Of a stretch of 64,000 nucleotides of DNA, positions 26,681 through 39,662 are shown one piece after another. The DNA is from Betaproteobacteria bacterium (lineage in GTDB: Bacteria > Pseudomonadota > Gammaproteobacteria > Burkholderiales > Usitatibacteraceae), in NCBI GenBank assembly GCA_016708825.1, contig JADJEZ010000011.1, forward strand, positions 82,171 through 146,170, written 5' to 3'. Made by a program: the position numbers and the translations under genes. The number at the start of each line of letters is the position of its first letter. Position 1 is the first letter of the stretch. The notes beneath the pieces were generated by a model. That model made no database searches, had not been told where the DNA came from, and was given only the letters and a program-made list of their open reading frames with translations.

Positions 26681-27748
26681 TTGAAGCCGCTCCCCGCCTT
26701 CATACGGGACCCCGCGGGGTTCCTCGCTTTCGTCTTTCGTCGATGGCGCGAGGACCGCTGCCTGCAGATCGCCGGCAGCCTCACCTTCACCACGCTCCTC
26801 GCCCTCGTGCCGCTCTTCACCGTCGTCGTGGTGGTGCTCTCGGCGCTGCCGTTCTTCGAGGACGCGATGGTGCAGGTGAAGGTCTTCCTGCTGCTCAATC
26901 TCGTTCCCGAAATCGCCGGGAAGATCATCACCGTCTACATGGGGCAGTTCGCCGAGGCGGCGGGGCGCCTCACCTCGGTGTCCCTCGTGGCCCTGTTCGT
27001 GATGGCGATCGCCATGCTCTTCACCGTCGACCGGTCGCTCAACGTGATCTGGCGCGTCGAGCGCCACCGGCCCCTGTGGCTATCGGTCACGGGCTACGTG
27101 GCGCTCCTCGCGTTCGGGCCCGCGCTCATGGGCCTGTCGCTCTGGGCGAGTTCGTGGGTGGTGACAGCCTCGCTCGACCGGCTCGTCATGCCCTCCCAGC
27201 TGGAATCGTTCGTGCTGCGGGCCGTGCCCGTTGCCGGAACCGCGCTCGCGTTCTTTCTCGTCTACCGCATCATTCCCAACCGCCATGTGCCGGCCCGTCA
27301 TGCGCTGGCGGGGGGGATCCTCGCGGCCGTGGCGTTCGAGTTCATGAAATCGGCATTCGCGGGGTACCTGCGCGCGGTGCCGGCCTACCGTCTGGTGTAC
27401 GGCGCCTTCGCCGCACTGCCGATCTTCATGCTGTGGATATACCTTTCCTGGCTGGTCGTGCTGTTCGGGGCGGAATTCACCGCGTCCCTCGCCTGGTGGC
27501 GCGGGCGCCGGTGGCGCGGCGGGGACGCGCCGCAACCGGGCCTGGAAGGGGCGTTCGAGATCGGGCGAGCGCTCGCCACCGCCGGCGGCGAGCCCGTGGA
27601 GTTCGCGACACTGCGGCAGACCGTGGATCTTCCCGACGAAAGGCTCGAGGACATCCTGCGCGACCTCGTGCAGACGGGCGCGGTTCGCAGGTCCCGCAAG
27701 GGCTGGGCCCTCGCGTCGCGTGAAGGGAACCGGGAGGCGCCGCCCTGA
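26681..27748 (+). CDS. YihY/BrkB-family membrane protein
   Basis: RWREDRCLQIAGSLTFTTLLALVPL, YGAFAALPIFMLWIYLSWLVVLFGAE, with a C-terminal soluble extension. Confidence 0.8.
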   Translation: MKPLPAFIRDPAGFLAFVFRRWREDRCLQIAGSLTFTTLLALVPLFTVVVVVLSALPFFEDAMVQVKVFLLLNLVPEIAGKIITVYMGQFAEAAGRLTSVSLVALFVMAIAMLFTVDRSLNVIWRVERHRPLWLSVTGYVALLAFGPALMGLSLWASSWVVTASLDRLVMPSQLESFVLRAVPVAGTALAFFLVYRIIPNRHVPARHALAGGILAAVAFEFMKSAFAGYLRAVPAYRLVYGAFAALPIFMLWIYLSWLVVLFGAEFTASLAWWRGRRWRGGDAPQPGLEGAFEIGRALATAGGEPVEFATLRQTVDLPDERLEDILRDLVQTGAVRRSRKGWALASREGNREAPP

Positions 27749-29329
27749 TCAGGACGGCGCGATGTGGAAGAGGTCGAAGCGGCCCGTGCGCTCGATGAGG
27801 CTGGTGGCGCGCACGCGCGTGATGAACCCGTCGTCGTCGATCTCGAATTCGCGAAGGTCGCTGTAGGTCGCGGGTGACGTGAGCAGCATGTCGGCCGAGT
27901 CGACGCCTTCGTCCTCCGAGAGCAGGAGCCCCGGGCGCACCTGGCCCGCCGCGCTGATGGTCGGCTGCACGGCCACGAACCGCGCGGCCGGGGCGAGGAA
28001 CTGGATGCCGAATTCCATCCCGCCCTCGTCGACCATCGTGAGCCAGCGAACCGCGCCGACGGTCCAGTTCGCCTTGCCGATGAACTTGATGCCGACCACT
28101 TCGCCCACCGTCACGGTGTGCGCCGAGGTCCCGGTCCGGCGCACCTTGAGCCCGCCCGCGCTCTGGTTCACCACGTCCCACTCGCTCACGTTCATGCCCT
28201 TCGAAACCTCGTCGTCGGGAACCGAGACGAGCGGAATGGTGATGCCGCTCTCGATGGCCTCGGCCTCCTTGCGCGAGTCGACCTTCGGCGCGACGGAGAT
28301 GAAGTGCGTGATCGCGCGCATGCCCGCGCAGATCGCCACGCTCGTGTCCATGGGGTCGCGGCGCGATGCGCGCTTCGGCGGGTCTCCCCACAGCGTCGTG
28401 AGCTTGGCGATCAGGAGAAGCATCTCGGGGCCCACCGCCTTGCTCGTGGTCGCGGAAACGTTTCCGGTTTCCACGGCCTGGCGGCGCGCACGCAGGCGTT
28501 CCACGATCGGGTTGGCGTCGAGAAGCCGCCAGTTGGGCCCGCCCGGATCGTCGTTCGCCGACAGCAGCGGCTTGGGCGGCTTGTCCTGGTCGCAGGGCAC
28601 GAGGAAGTGCCCGCCGGGCCGCGTCGCCGGTCGCGCCTGCCCGAGCGTGTAGGCCCCGCGCTGGCCGCGAATCACCAGTTCGATCCGCTCGAGGTCGCCG
28701 GGAATGAGGCGGTAGGGATCGGTCAGCGCGACGAGCAGCGTTTCCGCGTAGAGGTCGGCGATGCTCGCCTTCGACTCCGGGTCCGCGGGATCGCCCACGA
28801 ACCCCTCCTTTTCCGCGTGCAGGTAGAGCAGGTGGATCTCACGCCATACGCCCTGCGGGATCGGCGAATAGGACCGGTAGCTCGCGCCCAGCAGCTGCAC
28901 GAGCGCATCCATTGCGCGATGCACGAGCAGCGGCATCTGCTTCTTGGCACCGAACGCGAGGAGCTTGCCGGTCTTCTCCAGGATGAGGATCTTGTAGCCG
29001 TAGGCGAGCTCCGTCGCGAGCTCGCGCGCGAGTGCCAGGGCCTCGCGGGCCTTGGGCGGCAGCGGCAGGAGCGCCTTGCCGAACACCGCGTCGAGCTCGT
29101 CGAAAATCACGAGCATGACGGGCCGGTAGGCCTCCAGGATCTGCACGCGGTCGTCGAACTCCACCTTCGCGCGATTGATGGCGCAGAGGTTCGCGAGGAT
29201 CGCCCGGCCGGCTTCGGCACTTTGGCTGAGCGGCAGCGATTCCACCCACGCCTTGGCCTGCCTGGGACGCAACTCGAGGTCCCGTGGAGGGGCGACGCGC
29301 TCGGTGGGGATGCGGAGTTCGAGAGCCAC
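27749..29329 (-). CDS. PilZ-domain protein with large uncharacterised N-terminal domain
   Basis: Intact 526-aa ORF. The C-terminus has RxxxR (KRASRRD), NxSxxG (VVNQSAGGLKV) and a beta-barrel tail (VGAVRWLTMVDEGGMEFGIQFLA). The first roughly 330 aa have no motif I recognise. Confidence 0.6.
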   Translation of the reverse strand: MALELRIPTERVAPPRDLELRPRQAKAWVESLPLSQSAEAGRAILANLCAINRAKVEFDDRVQILEAYRPVMLVIFDELDAVFGKALLPLPPKAREALALARELATELAYGYKILILEKTGKLLAFGAKKQMPLLVHRAMDALVQLLGASYRSYSPIPQGVWREIHLLYLHAEKEGFVGDPADPESKASIADLYAETLLVALTDPYRLIPGDLERIELVIRGQRGAYTLGQARPATRPGGHFLVPCDQDKPPKPLLSANDDPGGPNWRLLDANPIVERLRARRQAVETGNVSATTSKAVGPEMLLLIAKLTTLWGDPPKRASRRDPMDTSVAICAGMRAITHFISVAPKVDSRKEAEAIESGITIPLVSVPDDEVSKGMNVSEWDVVNQSAGGLKVRRTGTSAHTVTVGEVVGIKFIGKANWTVGAVRWLTMVDEGGMEFGIQFLAPAARFVAVQPTISAAGQVRPGLLLSEDEGVDSADMLLTSPATYSDLREFEIDDDGFITRVRATSLIERTGRFDLFHIAPS

Positions 29330-29424
29330 TATTATGTTAATCTTTGATTTTGAAGGGATTTAACTCGGCCGCCGCGAGGCTGCAACCCGGTCCGCCGGGC
29401 AGGAAAACAGGATAGACGACACCA

Positions 29425-29931
29425 ATGTTTTTGAAAACAAAAGCTTTCCTCTCCATGTCCGCGATTCGGCGTCCGGCGCCGATCCTCGCGTTTGCGTTGG
29501 CCCTGGCCGCGCCGGCTGCGCTCGCGTTCGAAGTCACCGACACCTCGGGCAAGCGCCATCGCCTGGAGGACTACCGCGGCAAATGGGTGGTCGTGAATTT
29601 CTGGGCGACCTGGTGCGCGCCGTGCATCAAGGAAATCCCCGAGATCGCGGAATTCCAGCGCGCCCACGCGCCCGACCGCGCGGTGGTCCTGGGCATCGCC
29701 CTGGACGTCGACGACGAGGACAAGACGCGGCAGTTCGCGAAGAAGGTGGGGCACGCCTACCCGCTGGTGCTCGAGGACGAGCGCACGGAGAAACAATTCG
29801 GCAAGGTAAAGGGCCTGCCCACCACCGTGATCTTCGATCCCGCGGGCCGGCGCGCCTGGGACCGCACCGGCACCGTGACGCGCAAGTCGCTCGAGGAGGC
29901 GACGGGCCTCGCGGCCCGGCCGAAAGCCTAG
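29425..29931 (+). CDS. TlpA/ResA-family periplasmic thiol:disulfide oxidoreductase
   Basis: Signal peptide (..ALALAAPAALA), thioredoxin motif NFWATWCAPCIKEIPE, GLPTTVIFD. Confidence 0.85.
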   Translation: MFLKTKAFLSMSAIRRPAPILAFALALAAPAALAFEVTDTSGKRHRLEDYRGKWVVVNFWATWCAPCIKEIPEIAEFQRAHAPDRAVVLGIALDVDDEDKTRQFAKKVGHAYPLVLEDERTEKQFGKVKGLPTTVIFDPAGRRAWDRTGTVTRKSLEEATGLAARPKA

Positions 29932-30536
29932 GCGCCGGGCGACCAGCGCTCCCGAAGCGCCCGCAGCACCCGTTCGGGGTACTCGGGTCGGCCCAGGCTC
30001 CCGTTGTACCGGCCGAGGGCGTTGTGCAGGTTGCCATCCTCGATGCGCAGGTAGTGGCGCAGGATCACGCAGCCGTAGCGCAGGTTCGTGCGCGGGTGGA
30101 AGAGGTTCTGCCCGGGCATGCCGATCTCGCGAACCCAGAAGGGCATCACCTGCATGTAGCCGCGAGCTCCGGCGGAAGACACGGCGTACTTCCGGAATCC
30201 GCTCTCGACGTCGATTACCGCGAGCACCAGGCGCGGGTCCAGGCCCGCGCGCAGCGCCTCGTAGCGAACCATCTCCAGGAGATCCCGCGCGATCCGCTCG
30301 TCGCGCACGCGACGGTGCACGCGGTCGTACATGGCCCGCATCCAGGCCCGCGCCTCGTGGTCGTCGGGAAGGGTGCGCTCGCGGTCGGTCACCGCCTTGG
30401 CGAGCGTGGCCTGGATGGCCGCCGAGAGGGGTTCGCGCTTCTGCGCGCCGGCCCAGGCCGCACAAGCGCCCGCCAGCGCCACGAGGGCGATCGCGGCTGC
30501 CGCGAGGAAGCGCCGCTCAGGTCGCGAGGCGCTCAC
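29928..30536 (-). CDS. lytic transglycosylase (SLT domain)
   Basis: [28 protein letters not shown] (catalytic E-S), [20 protein letters not shown]. Start is uncertain (GTG 30536 or ATG 30584) and overlaps the proS 3' end. Confidence 0.8.
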   Translation of the reverse strand: MSASRPERRFLAAAAIALVALAGACAAWAGAQKREPLSAAIQATLAKAVTDRERTLPDDHEARAWMRAMYDRVHRRVRDERIARDLLEMVRYEALRAGLDPRLVLAVIDVESGFRKYAVSSAGARGYMQVMPFWVREIGMPGQNLFHPRTNLRYGCVILRHYLRIEDGNLHNALGRYNGSLGRPEYPERVLRALRERWSPGA

Positions 30537-32232
30537 GCACGTGGGCGGCGGCGCCGGCGAGCGGCACGCGGGTCGCCTGCGCATCGCGGCGGTGCTGGTA
30601 CTCGGCCTCTCCGTCCTTCAGCCCGCGCTCGCCGATGACCAGGCGGTGCGGAATGCCGACCAGCTCCTGGTCGGCGAGGAGGACGCCGGGGCGCTCGTTG
30701 CGATCGTCGAGGAACGCCTCGATGCCGGCCGCCGCGAATTCCGCGTAGAGCCTGTCCGCGGCCGCTTTCACTGCCTCGCTCTTGTGGTATCCGAGCGGAA
30801 TCACCGCCACCGCGAAGGGCGCCATCGGGTCGGGCCAGATGATGCCGCGCTCGTCGTGGTTCTGCTCGATGGCCGCGCCCACGATGCGGGTGATGCCGAT
30901 GCCGTAGCAGCCCATCTCGAAGGCGCGTTGCGTGCCGTCCTCGGCCGCGAAGGTCGCGCCCATGGCCTCCGAGTAGACCCTGCCCAGGGCGAACACATGG
31001 CCCACTTCGATGCCGCGCACCAGGGCGAGGCCGCCCTTGCCGTCGGGGGAGGGATCCCCGGTGACGACGTTCCTCACGTCGGCCACGAGGTCCGGCTCGG
31101 GGCAGTCACGCCCCCAGTTCGCACCGCGCAGGTGGAAGTCCTTCTCGTTCGCGCCGCAGATGAAATCCGCCATCGCCGCCACGGTCCTGTCGGCCACCAC
31201 GGTGATCTTCGCTCGCTCGAGCCCGACGGGCCCGAGGTAGCCGGCCGGCCCGCCGGCGGCGGCGAGGATCTCCTCGTCGGTGGACCAGCGCCACCCCTTC
31301 AGCCCCGGGATCTTGCCCACCTTGATCTCGTTCACGCTGTGGTCGCCGCGGATGAGCAGCATGTGCACGCGATCGTTCGCGGTGAGGAGAATCGCCTTCA
31401 CCGTGCGCGCGAGCGGCTCCTTCCAGAGCCTGGCCACGCCTTCGCACGTGGCGGTGCCGGGCGTGGGGTCCTTCTTCAGGGGCTCGGCGGGCGCGGCGCG
31501 CGGGGCTTCGGGTGCGAGTGCCTCGGCCCGCTCGATGTTGGCCGCGTAGTCGGAGCCGTCGGAATAGGCGATCTGGTCCTCGCCGGAGTCGGCCAGCACC
31601 TGGAACTCGTGCGAGGCGCTGCCGCCGATCTCGCCGCTGTCGGCCGCGACCGGGCGGAACTTCAGGCCCAGGCGCGTGAAGATGCGCACGTAGGCGTCGA
31701 ACATCTTCTGGTACGAGGCGAGCATGCCGGCCTCGTCCGCGTCGAAGGAGTAGGCGTCCTTCATCGAGAATTCGCGGGCCCGCATCACGCCGAAGCGCGG
31801 CCGGATCTCGTCGCGGAACTTGGTCTGGATCTGGTAGAAGTTCACCGGCAACTGGCGGTAGCTCTTGATCTCCTTGCGGGCGATGTCGGTGATGACCTCC
31901 TCGGCGGTCGGTGCGTAGCAGAACTCGCGCTCGGCCCGGTCCTTGATGCGCAGCATCATCGGGCCGTAGAGATCCCAGCGGCCCGTTTCCTGCCAGAGTT
32001 CCGCGGGCTGCACGGGCGGCATGATGACCTCCAGGGCGCCGGCGCGGTCCATTTCCTCGCGAACGATCCGCTCTACCTTGTGCAGCACGCGCATGCCGGT
32101 GGGCAGCCAGGAATAAAGCCCGCTGCCGAGCTTGCGGATGAGCCCCGCCCGCAGCATCAGCTTGTGGCTGGGAAGCTCCGCTTCCTGGGGGGCTTCCTTG
32201 AGGGTGGCGAGGAAGAACTGGCTGGCGCGCAT
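30517..32232 (-). CDS. proS: prolyl-tRNA synthetase
   Basis: Intact 571-aa ORF: [51 protein letters not shown], editing insertion, GCYGIGITR. Confidence 0.95.
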   Translation of the reverse strand: MRASQFFLATLKEAPQEAELPSHKLMLRAGLIRKLGSGLYSWLPTGMRVLHKVERIVREEMDRAGALEVIMPPVQPAELWQETGRWDLYGPMMLRIKDRAEREFCYAPTAEEVITDIARKEIKSYRQLPVNFYQIQTKFRDEIRPRFGVMRAREFSMKDAYSFDADEAGMLASYQKMFDAYVRIFTRLGLKFRPVAADSGEIGGSASHEFQVLADSGEDQIAYSDGSDYAANIERAEALAPEAPRAAPAEPLKKDPTPGTATCEGVARLWKEPLARTVKAILLTANDRVHMLLIRGDHSVNEIKVGKIPGLKGWRWSTDEEILAAAGGPAGYLGPVGLERAKITVVADRTVAAMADFICGANEKDFHLRGANWGRDCPEPDLVADVRNVVTGDPSPDGKGGLALVRGIEVGHVFALGRVYSEAMGATFAAEDGTQRAFEMGCYGIGITRIVGAAIEQNHDERGIIWPDPMAPFAVAVIPLGYHKSEAVKAAADRLYAEFAAAGIEAFLDDRNERPGVLLADQELVGIPHRLVIGERGLKDGEAEYQHRRDAQATRVPLAGAAAHVRERLAT

Positions 32233-32392
32233 GCAATCTCCGGGTTCTGGCGGGGCTGGGAGGCGGTTTTCGGAATCAAATCATTGGCTTGCGAGCCCGT
32301 ATTCTACACGGCCGGCGACCGAACCGAAGCTGGCGGGCGCTCGCAAACTGTGGAAAAATGGCTCCAACTCAACGGATTGGATGGTGACTGCC

Positions 32393-32956
32393 ATGATCGA
32401 TCGGGACGGTTATCGCCCGAACGTCGCCATCGTGCTCGTCAACCACAGGAACCAGGTTTTCTGGGGCAAGCGGATCAAGGAGCACGCCTGGCAGTTCCCC
32501 CAGGGCGGCATCAAGCCGGGGGAATCCCCCGAGCAAGCGATGTACCGCGAGCTCGAGGAAGAAACGGGTCTCAAGCCCGCGCACGTCGAGATCCTCGGCC
32601 GCACGCGCGACTGGCTGCACTATCACGTGCCCAGCCACTGGGTGAAGCGCGAGTGGCGCGGCACCTACAAGGGCCAGAAGCAGATCTGGTTCCTGCTGCG
32701 CCTCGTCGGCCGGGACACGGACGTCTCGCTGCGCGCGAGCGGCCATCCCGAGTTCGACGCGTGGCGCTGGCACGACTACTGGGTGCCCCTGGAGACGGTG
32801 ATCGACTTCAAGCGCGACGTCTACCGCATGGCGCTCGAGCAGCTCGCCATCCACCTCGACGTGAGTGCCCGGCGCCCCGTCGGATTCTCCCCCTACGGGC
32901 GGCGGCGCAAGCCCCGCCCGCGTCCGGGACCGGTTGCGGGGCTCGCCTCGGACTGA
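32393..32956 (+). CDS. rppH: RNA pyrophosphohydrolase
   Basis: [15 protein letters not shown], Nudix box [32 protein letters not shown]. Divergent from proS. Confidence 0.9.
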   Translation: MIDRDGYRPNVAIVLVNHRNQVFWGKRIKEHAWQFPQGGIKPGESPEQAMYRELEEETGLKPAHVEILGRTRDWLHYHVPSHWVKREWRGTYKGQKQIWFLLRLVGRDTDVSLRASGHPEFDAWRWHDYWVPLETVIDFKRDVYRMALEQLAIHLDVSARRPVGFSPYGRRRKPRPRPGPVAGLASD

Positions 32957-32967
32957 CTCCGCCCCGG

Positions 32968-33549
32968 TCAGAATGCGCCGACGCGGCCCGGCAGCAGGAG
33001 AGCGGAGACGACTCCGACCAGGATCGAGATCACGATGCCCACGACGATCACCACGGCCGTGTAGGGCATCGCCTTTTCGGCGGGCGTCTTCATGAGGCGG
33101 GGCAGGCCCACGTACAGCAGGTAGACGCTGTAGAGCCCGAGGATCGCGAGGATGGAGAGCGCGGGCAGGAGGTGGAACACGCCCGCGAGCCACGATGCCA
33201 CGGGCGCGAACGCCGCCACCTTGAAGGCCTGCAGGAAGTTCTTCTCGCCCCCGAACGTGGGCGACAGCGCATCGATCACCAGCGCGAACACGTAGACGCT
33301 GCCGAGCGCGAGCAGGTACGAGGCGATCGCGTGCGCGATGCCGCTCATCACGGGGACTCGGTACGAAAGGCCGAAGGCGCCCACGCCGACCAGGGAGAAC
33401 CCGACGAAGGTGGCGAGCGCCGGGATGGCGGCGAGGATCATGATCCAGCCGGTGTACAGGTCCTGCACGGTGTGCGTCTCGGCGGAAATCTTGTCCCATT
33501 CCGCGGCCGGCGTGAGGATCAGGTTCTTGGCGCGTTCGACGAGGTTCAC
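32968..33549 (-). CDS. Yip1-domain (DUF1282-like) membrane protein
   Basis: VNLVERAKNLILTPAAEWDKI.. followed by 5 TM helices. GTG 33549 is preceded by GGGAGG. Confidence 0.7.
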   Translation of the reverse strand: MNLVERAKNLILTPAAEWDKISAETHTVQDLYTGWIMILAAIPALATFVGFSLVGVGAFGLSYRVPVMSGIAHAIASYLLALGSVYVFALVIDALSPTFGGEKNFLQAFKVAAFAPVASWLAGVFHLLPALSILAILGLYSVYLLYVGLPRLMKTPAEKAMPYTAVVIVVGIVISILVGVVSALLLPGRVGAF

Positions 33550-33671
33550 GTTTGCCTCCCAAGGCTGTTGTTGTTGGGGGAGAGTGTACCGATTGTGGCC
33601 TGGCCCGCTCCCGGTCGCGCCCGCTTGACTTGCCAGAGGCAGCATTTAGCCTCCACCGCAATCTGGTCGTC

Positions 33672-36465
<2,794 letters not shown>

Positions 36466-36499
36466 TCACGTCGGGTGTCGAGGGAAATCGCACCGGAAA

Positions 36500-36528
36500 C
36501 AAAAAAGCCCCGCGCGAGGACGGGGCTC
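36500..36528 (-). terminator. rho-independent terminator after rpmA
   Basis: Minus strand AGCCCCG-tcctcgcg-CGGGGCT followed by TTTTTT. Confidence 0.75.
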
Positions 36529-36549
36529 TTTCCGGGAGAGAAGGAGCCT

Positions 36550-36813
36550 CTAGGCCTGGGCCGGCTCGATGCTCACGGTGTTCTTGTTCTTCGGGCCGTG
36601 CAGGGCGAACTTCACCTTGCCGTCGACCATCGCGAAGAGGGTGTGGTCCTTGCCGATCCCGACGTGCTGGCCGGGATGGAACGTCGTGCCGCGCTGGCGG
36701 ACGATGATGGAGCCGGCGTTCACGCTCTCGCCGCCGTAGGCCTTGACGCCCAGGCGCTTCGATTCGGAATCGCGGCCGTTGCGGGATGAGCCGCCTGCTT
36801 TCTTGTGTGCCAT
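36550..36813 (-). CDS. rpmA: 50S ribosomal protein L27
   Basis: [32 protein letters not shown]. Confidence 0.97.
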   Translation of the reverse strand: MAHKKAGGSSRNGRDSESKRLGVKAYGGESVNAGSIIVRQRGTTFHPGQHVGIGKDHTLFAMVDGKVKFALHGPKNKNTVSIEPAQA

Positions 36814-36825
36814 GTTCGATTCCCG

Positions 36826-37137
36826 TTATTCGTTGATGGCGTCCACACGGATTTCCGTGTAGTTCTGCCGGTGGCCCTGCGTCTTCTGGTAGTGCTTGCG
36901 GCGGCGCATCTTGAAGATGCGGATCTTCGGGCCCCGCCCGTGGGAGACCACGGTGGCGGAAACCTTCGCGCCGGTGAGCGTGGGCGTTCCGACCTTTACC
37001 GCGTCGCCTTCGGCCACCATGAGCACCTGGTCGAGCACGCTGGTGGCGCCGACGTCGGCCTCAACCTGCTCGATCTTGATGCTCTCGCCCGGGGAAACGC
37101 GATACTGCTTGCCGCCGGTCTTGATGACCGCATACAT
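36826..37137 (-). CDS. rplU: 50S ribosomal protein L21
   Basis: [18 protein letters not shown].., [24 protein letters not shown] 37137 lies within track ORF 36826..37395. Confidence 0.97.
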   Translation of the reverse strand: MYAVIKTGGKQYRVSPGESIKIEQVEADVGATSVLDQVLMVAEGDAVKVGTPTLTGAKVSATVVSHGRGPKIRIFKMRRRKHYQKTQGHRQNYTEIRVDAINE

Positions 37138-37194
37138 GTCTGATACTCCTGTTTTGGTTTGACAATTCGCGGCCTTTTGCACCGCGAACCCGCT

Positions 37195-37223
37195 ATAATA
37201 CGCGAAATATCCAGCAACGTCAA
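37195..37223 (-). promoter_or_regulatory. sigma70-type promoter for rplU-rpmA-obg
   Basis: Minus strand TTGACG-17 nt-TATTAT, about 50 nt upstream of the rplU ATG. The leader contains TTCGCGG..CCGCGAA pairing. Confidence 0.6.
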
Positions 37224-37270
37224 AGACTTGTCTTCGCCCCCGGCCGGGCGCGAAGGCCCCCGGAACCGAC

Positions 37271-38193
37271 TTGAACCAGTCCCACATCCCCGTGAGCCTC
37301 GAATCGATCCGGGCGCCCATCGCGGCCGACATGCAGGCCGTGGACGAGGTCATCCGGAAGCGGCTCTTCTCCGAGGTGGTCCTCGTCCGGACCATCGCGG
37401 ACTACATCATTGCCGCCGGCGGCAAGCGCCTGCGCCCCGCACTCCTGATGCTCTCGGCGAACGCGGTGGGCGCGACCGGCCCCGTCCGCCACGAGTTCGC
37501 GACCGTCATCGAGTTCATCCACACGGCCACACTCCTCCACGACGACGTGGTGGACGAGTCGAGCCTGCGGCGCGGCCGGCGCACGGCCAATGCCGAGTTC
37601 GGCAATGCCGCCTCGGTCCTGGTGGGGGACTTCCTCTATTCGCGCGCCTTCCAGATGATGGTGTCGGCCGGGAACCTGCGGGTCATGCAGGTGCTCTCGG
37701 ACGCGACCAACGTCATTGCCGAGGGCGAGGTGCTGCAGCTCCTGAACGTCCACGACCCCGACACCGACGAGGAGAGCTACCTGCGTGTCATCCGCTACAA
37801 GACCGCGAAGCTCTTCGAGGCCGCCACCCAGGTGGGCGCGATCCTCGGCAATGCGCCGGCGGATATCGAGCAGGCGCTCGCGGAATTCGGCATGCACCTC
37901 GGCACCGCCTTCCAGGTCATCGACGACGTCCTCGACTATTCGGGCGACCTGGCCGAGACAGGGAAGAACCTGGGCGACGACCTCGCCGAAGGCAAGCCCA
38001 CGCTGCCGCTCATCCGCGCCATCCAGGTGGGAAACGCCGAGGAAAAAGCGCTCGTGCGACGCGCGATCGTGGAGGGCGGGAAAGCCGATGGGAAGCAGCC
38101 CTTGCGACCGCCCGGCTGGAGCGCCTTCCCCGTTCCGCGTGCAAGGACAGTCTGCTACAATTGGCGCACTTTTCCGTCGAAAGGAAGTACTAG
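37271..38193 (+). CDS. ispB: octaprenyl-diphosphate synthase, frame broken near 38090
   Basis: Aspartate-rich motifs [10 protein letters not shown] and [11 protein letters not shown], plus GKRLRPAL. The conserved C-terminus ..[22 protein letters not shown] lies in ORF 37159..38193. The segment between AIVEGG and that tail looks about 20 aa shorter than I expect. Confidence 0.85.
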
Positions 38194-38235
38194 GCGACGG
38201 AATTCCGACGGGCGCGAAAGCGCCCGTCGCGGCCT

Positions 38236-38312
38236 CGGGGTGTAGCTTAGCCTGGTAGAGCGCTACGTTCGGGACGTAGAGGCCGGAGGTTCGAATCCTC
38301 TCACCCCGACCA
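38236..38312 (+). tRNA. tRNA-Pro (anticodon CGG)
   Basis: Cloverleaf folded by hand: acceptor CGGGGTG/CACCCCG, D stem GCTT/GAGC, anticodon stem CTACG/CGTAG with loop TTCGGGA, T arm GGAGG-TTCGAAT-CCTCT, encoded CCA. Confidence 0.95.
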
Positions 38313-38336
38313 TTCCCTCCCCGCAGGGCGCCGGCC

Positions 38337-39658
38337 TCACTCGAGGCCGTAGCGCTTTATCTTCCTCCACAGCGTGGACTTGTCGATGCCGAGGATCTCG
38401 GCGGCGCTCGCCCGGTTGCCCTGCGTCTCCCTCAGCGTCTTCGCGATGAAGTAGGCCTCGATCTCCTCGAGGCTCTGCGGCTCGATCAGCTCCACGGCCC
38501 GGCCCGGGCCGGTGCCCTCCTGCGCGAGCCCCGGCGGCAGCACGTCGGTGTCGAGCATGTCGGTCTCGGTGAGGACGATCATCGACTGGATGGCGTTCTC
38601 GAGTTCCCGAGCGTTGCCGGGCCAGTCGTGGCGCATGAGGGCCGCGAGCGCCCGCGTGGTGATCCCCTTCACGGGCTTGCCCAGGCGCACCGAGTGGCGC
38701 GCCAGGAAATAATTGGCCAGGAGGGGAATGTCGCTGCGCCGGTCGCGAAGCGGAGGCATCACGATTTCCACGATGCGCAGGCGATAGTAGAGATCCATCC
38801 GGAAAGCGCCGCTTTCCACGAGCGCGGGCAGGGGACGGTTGGTCGCGGCGATGAGGCGAACGTCGGCTCGCCTCGGTTCGGTGTCGCCCATCCGGTAGAA
38901 CGTTCCGTCCTGGAGCACGCGCAGGAGCTTCGCCTGGAAGGCGGGCGAGGCGTTGTTGACCTCGTCGAGGAAGAGGGTCCCGTGGTCGGCGGACTCGAAG
39001 AGCCCGGCCTTCGCGCGGTCCGCCCCGGTGAAGGCGCCGCGCTGGTAACCGAAGAGCTCGCTCTCGATCACGTTCTGTGCGCGACCACCTCCTTGCCGGT
39101 TCCCGACTCCCCGGTGATGAGCACGCAGCAGTCGTAGCCAGCCGACGCCCGCACCATGCGGCGCACCTGCTCGACGGCCGCGTTCTTGCCGACCAGGCCG
39201 TCGAGGTCGGCGTAGGCGCGGTTCGTCTCGCGCAAGCGGATGTTCTCGCGATTGAGCTGGTGGAACTCGAGCGCCCGGTCGACTATGCGGCGCAGGTCAT
39301 CGGGCTCGAAGGGCTTGCGCAGGTAGTCGTAGGCGCCGCCCTTGAGCGCTTCCACTGCCGATTCGACCGTGGCGTGCCCCGTGAGCAGGATCACCTGCGT
39401 CATCGCGTCGCGCGCCTTCGCGAAACGCAGCACCTCCAGGCCGCCGATGCGCGGCATGCGCAGGTCCGTGACCACCACCGCGACCTCGTGGTCCTCGAGG
39501 TAGCCGAGCGCGTCCTGGGAGCTGTCGACTTCCACCACTTCCGCAACGGCCGTCGCAAGGACCTCGCGGATCATGCGACGCATGGCGGGATCGTCCTCGA
39601 CCAGCAGGACGGTCGCGCGGGCGGCGCCCTGCTGCGCCTTGGCGATGCTCTCGTCCAC
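38337..39658 (-). pseudogene. NtrC-family sigma54-dependent response regulator with internal approximately 65-nt deletion in the AAA+ domain
   Basis: Receiver (LLVEDDPAMRRMI.., VVTDLRMP, KPF) and Walker A (ITGESGTGKEVVA) lie in ORF 39068..39658. ESELFGY, GAFTGA, GTLFLDEV, RVIAATN-like, GNARELEN and a Fis-type HTH lie in ORF 38337..39071. The roughly 22 residues that normally separate GKE.. from ..ESELFG are missing and the frame changes at about 39068. Confidence 0.8.
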
Positions 39659-39662
39659 GGTC

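Noticed and set aside
37159-37198. TTGACA ... TATAAT on the plus strand as the ispB promoter
   Set aside because: The two hexamers are 29 nt apart, which is incompatible with sigma70 spacing. The TATAAT region is better explained as the reverse-strand -10 (TATTAT) of the rplU promoter.
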